Below, one piece after another: positions 54,634 to 57,558 of a stretch of DNA of 57,558 nucleotides (the first letter of the stretch is position 1; the number at the start of each line of letters is the position of its first letter). The stretch is from NCBI GenBank assembly GCA_025454155.1, contig JALOOZ010000009.1, forward strand, positions 1-57,558, given 5' to 3'. Under the pieces are notes generated by a model, which saw nothing but the letters and a program-made list of their open reading frames with translations, was not told the DNA's origin and ran no database searches. Origin of the DNA: Thermodesulfobacteriota bacterium (lineage in GTDB: Bacteria; Desulfobacterota; Desulfomonilia; UBA1062). Position numbers and translations under genes: made by a program.

Positions 54634-56333
54634 TGCCTGTTCGTGTGTCCTCACTGCTGGCCGCCATCATTGCCTGCTCGTTGTGCATGGGTGCAGCGGA
54701 CATTACGCTGGTCAAGCATGCCCGGAGGGTCAAGGCTCCCCAGACCAGCGAGTACATGGTGAAGGAAGGCGACACCCTGCGCAGGATTCTCATGGAGGTA
54801 TACAATGCCAAGGAGCAGGATCTCCCTTACCTCTACCGGCAGTTCAGGATTCAGAACCCGAACATAGAGAGTCTGGATACCATTCCTCTGGGGATGAAGA
54901 TCAGGATACCCATCGTAGGCTCGGTACTGGCTGCATCGGAGGAGAAGAAAAGGCCCTCCGAGGTCGAGGTCAAGGAAGTCGCCCCCAATGAATATGTCAT
55001 CAAGCAGGGTGAATATCTGGCGAAGATACTGAAGGACATCTATGGGATCCCGGATGAAGTCATTTACCGGCAGTATATTGATCTCGTCCAGAAGCTCAAC
55101 CCCGAGATCACCAATCCGGATTACATCCGGGCAGGTCATAAGATCAAGCTTCCGGAATTCAGGCAGATGCTGGTCGCCGCGAAACAGGCGCAGTCCGAGA
55201 GCCCTCTCCCCGCCTCAGCCACAACTGCCGGGGTTCAGGCACAGAAGATGAGGCACGAACCCCCCGTCGTCGCCCAGAATGGGGGTGCACCCAAGACCGC
55301 AGAAAGCCGGGTGCCGGATGTGCCCCCGGTGAGTCAAGCGGGTGGCAGCGGAAAGGGTGTCCCGCACAAAGCCCAGGATATCAAGGTCGTCAAGCATGCC
55401 GTCCTTCCCGCCTTGAAGTCCATGGGAGGTACCAGGAGGGACACGGGAACATATTTCATGCCGGTTGCCGGGGGCACCAGCCTGTCCATCAACACCTCCG
55501 AGATCCCGGTCATGGAGCTCGATACGGGGAGAAAGATCATCTTCGATGTGAATGGGAAGATAACACCGGAAATGAAAGGTTTCATCGAGAAGACCTTCCC
55601 CTCGTTCACGGTTCTAACCGGGTCACCGAAAGACCTGGAAGACCTCATGGACAAGGTCCTGAGTGTGTCCGGGTACTTCTCCATCAACAAGGACCCGAGC
55701 CCGCTTCTTGTGGGTTCAGAAGAGAAGGTCAGGTTCTTCGGAAAGTGGATCGTCTACAAGGATTTCTCCCGGCGCAATGTCTTTGTCATCAACCTTCTTG
55801 GCGACAACGAAAACAAGACCCCCAGGGCCATCCGGAACTATGCGAGTACCTTCGGGATCGATCTCATAGAGATCGGCGGCAAGGAGGGAGGGAACACTCA
55901 ATCGAAACCCGCCCCCCTCGTAGATCTCAAGCGCTCTTACCCGGAGCTCCTGAAAACCCTCAAGATACCCCATCAGGTCGGCACCGAGATACTGCTCATG
56001 AGCAGTGGCCCCATAAGGATCGCCTACAAGGCACCGGTCCTCCTGGATAAGATCATCCTTGCCGAAACCATGCCCGACCCGGAAATGGCTGCCATGCTCC
56101 AGCAGCAGTCGTACGATATCCTCAACACGAGCGAGCTGCAGCCAGATGAGGTGCTTGACGCCCTCGGGCAGGATTTCGAAGGGCCGCCTCTGAAGATCAC
56201 GGTGGCCAAGGACAGGTCGGAACTGGAGGTACCCGGCATCAGGATAGGCAACCGCATCATACTCATCAAGAGGGTGGAACGTGAGATCCAGAACTATCTG
56301 GCAGCCTCGGGGATGAAGCTTTTCGTCTGGTAA
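54633..56333 (+). CDS. Secreted protein with two LysM-like repeats and an uncharacterised ~330-aa C-terminal domain
   Basis: Signal peptide, then YMVKEGDTLRRILMEVY...GMKIRIP and YVIKQGEYLAKILKDIY...GHKIKLP, then a Pro/Ala-rich linker. The start ATG overlaps the mrcA TGA by 1 nt. Confidence 0.7.
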   Translation: MPVRVSSLLAAIIACSLCMGAADITLVKHARRVKAPQTSEYMVKEGDTLRRILMEVYNAKEQDLPYLYRQFRIQNPNIESLDTIPLGMKIRIPIVGSVLAASEEKKRPSEVEVKEVAPNEYVIKQGEYLAKILKDIYGIPDEVIYRQYIDLVQKLNPEITNPDYIRAGHKIKLPEFRQMLVAAKQAQSESPLPASATTAGVQAQKMRHEPPVVAQNGGAPKTAESRVPDVPPVSQAGGSGKGVPHKAQDIKVVKHAVLPALKSMGGTRRDTGTYFMPVAGGTSLSINTSEIPVMELDTGRKIIFDVNGKITPEMKGFIEKTFPSFTVLTGSPKDLEDLMDKVLSVSGYFSINKDPSPLLVGSEEKVRFFGKWIVYKDFSRRNVFVINLLGDNENKTPRAIRNYASTFGIDLIEIGGKEGGNTQSKPAPLVDLKRSYPELLKTLKIPHQVGTEILLMSSGPIRIAYKAPVLLDKIILAETMPDPEMAAMLQQQSYDILNTSELQPDEVLDALGQDFEGPPLKITVAKDRSELEVPGIRIGNRIILIKRVEREIQNYLAASGMKLFVW

Positions 56334-56367
56334 CCGCCCCGCCTTACCCCAGGTTGAGGATCGAGCT

Positions 56368-57558
56368 TCAACGCAGGCACGAAGCAGCTATGAAGCAGCC
56401 TGAAGATGAAGAATCAGAGCCTCCGGAAGCATCCTCCGTGGTGAACGATACGGAGTATGGCGATGCGAGGGGGTTTCCAGAGAGGTCCTGAACGTCTGTG
56501 GTTATGGTGGCGGTATATTGTGTTTTCCCCGCCAGATAAGCCTTGGGGGTGATGGTCACCTTGTTGCCATCCAGGGTCACGCTGGAGCTTACTGTCCCCG
56601 AAGCCGATGTGAGCGTCACCGTGGCGGGCGTGACTGTGGAGGGATCCATCTCTTCCGAGAGGCTGACCACGACGGGTGTGGTGATGTAGACGCCAGTGGA
56701 CCCGTCTATGGGATCAGAGGCACGTACCACAGGTTCAAACTCATCATCCCGGTCATAAACGAGAACGGACCCATCATCTCCGGCAAAAAAGACGGTTCCC
56801 GAAGTGCTGCCCCAGATTGCCCTGATATCATCGGTGTATCCCGTGTTCAATGCAGACCAAGCATGGCCGTCGTAATGGTACACCTTCCCGTTTTGACCTG
56901 CGGCAAAGATGTCGTCACTGGCGAGCCCCCACAGGGCATACAGGGCGAGGCCGCCGGCATTGAAGGCATTGCTCCAGAATGATCCGTCATAATGAATGAT
57001 GCTTCCGAGTGTCCCTGCAGCAAAGATGTCAGAGGCCGATGAGCCCCAGAGGGCCCTGAAGGTCTGGGACGTGAGACTGCTCACGGACACCTGATTCCAT
57101 GCAGCGCCGTTATACAGGAAGAGTTTACCTAAGGTTCCCCCAGCCCATAGGTGGTCTTCGTCGGCGCCCCAGATGCAGTACAGGTCAATCCCCGAAGTGC
57201 TTGAAGGGCTTACGTCCTGCCAGGAGCTTCCATTGAAAAAAAGGATCTTGCCGAGGGCTCCGACGGCATACACATCCGAGGCGGATGAACCCCAGAGTCC
57301 ATACAAGTCTGTGATGACGGGTGTGGTGAAGAAATACCACCTGCCGAGGCCGTCATTGAAGTAGAGTTTCCCAAGATCACCGGCTGAGAAGACCTGGGAA
57401 TCTGGGGTTCCCCACAGGGCATTCAGGTCGTTTGGGTTGTTCAGGGACACCTGGCTCCAGGAGGCACCATTGTAGAAGATCAGTATTCCGTTCTCTCCCG
57501 ATGCATAAAGATCCCCATCCCATGAACCCCACAGGGAGTACAGATCCTGGTTTGTTGG
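56368..57558 (-). CDS. Beta-propeller-repeat surface protein with C-terminal bacterial Ig-like domain (5' end outside the window)
   Basis: There are at least 8 repeats of ~45 aa (L.ALWGSSASD.FA.G..G.I..YDG..W). The reading frame stays open to nt 57558, beyond the ATG at 57450. The C-terminal SbsA-Ig-like block is PIDGSTGVYITTPVVVSLSEEMDPSTV...VTITPKAYLAGKTQYTATITTDVQDLSGNPL. Confidence 0.75.
   Translation of the reverse strand, partial: PTNQDLYSLWGSWDGDLYASGENGILIFYNGASWSQVSLNNPNDLNALWGTPDSQVFSAGDLGKLYFNDGLGRWYFFTTPVITDLYGLWGSSASDVYAVGALGKILFFNGSSWQDVSPSSTSGIDLYCIWGADEDHLWAGGTLGKLFLYNGAAWNQVSVSSLTSQTFRALWGSSASDIFAAGTLGSIIHYDGSFWSNAFNAGGLALYALWGLASDDIFAAGQNGKVYHYDGHAWSALNTGYTDDIRAIWGSTSGTVFFAGDDGSVLVYDRDDEFEPVVRASDPIDGSTGVYITTPVVVSLSEEMDPSTVTPATVTLTSASGTVSSSVTLDGNKVTITPKAYLAGKTQYTATITTDVQDLSGNPLASPYSVSFTTEDASGGSDSSSSGCFIAASCLR

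Noticed and set aside
1-57558. CRISPR arrays, rRNA genes, IS elements, prophage genes or known defence-system genes.
   Set aside because: I scanned the intergenic regions and ORF translations. I found no regularly spaced direct repeats, no transposase, integrase or phage-like proteins, and no nuclease, helicase or methylase clusters typical of defence islands.

Overview
This 57.6 kb bacterial chromosomal window is densely coding, with about 50 supportable protein genes. I saw no rRNA, functional tRNA, CRISPR array or recognisable transposase or integrase. The gene content suggests a Deltaproteobacteria/Desulfobacterota-like anaerobe, but that is inference only. The supporting content is a siroheme-type heme cluster, an MglA-type GTPase, sigma-54 regulation and PAS-LuxR regulators.

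The window has two parts. (1) nt 1 to about 9100 is visibly lower in GC. It holds a mosaic of accessory-type genes: a PAS-LuxR regulator, an RHH protein, a VOC/glyoxalase, Tag glycosylase, a DUF1254/DUF1214 protein, a DUF4382 lipoprotein, a CXXCH lipoprotein and an ABM protein. These genes are separated by four co-oriented copies of a ~64-nt repeat with inverted ends. (2) nt 9100 to the end is GC-rich core genome:
- a DUF45 hydrolase and an MCP
- an ald / amidohydrolase / two class-III aminotransferase operon with a TetR gene
- a minus-strand heme cluster (sirC, hemX-like, hemA, hemC, cobA-hemD, NirJ/Ahb radical SAM)
- murJ
- a GAF-GGDEF-HD-GYP gene behind a sigma-54 promoter, next to an NtrC-type regulator
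- coaBC, a family-4 UDG, nfeD, mnmA and recJ
- an MglA-like GTPase module (TPR, MglA-like, membrane TPR/Zn-ribbon, PATAN/DUF4388)
- oppDF-like ATPases, rpsT, holA, lptE, leuS, a PBP1A gene, a LysM protein and a truncated beta-propeller surface protein

The items most worth follow-up are:
- the 64-nt repeat family
- the aminotransferase pair, in which the second paralog lacks the Schiff-base lysine
- a DUF1573 gene interrupted by one in-frame TGA followed by a hairpin (candidate selenoprotein or pseudogene)
- the frameshifted, doubly degenerate c-di-GMP protein behind a near-consensus sigma-54 promoter
- the MglB-less MglA-like module with a C-terminally extended GTPase

All family assignments come from motif recognition by eye. 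No searches were run.
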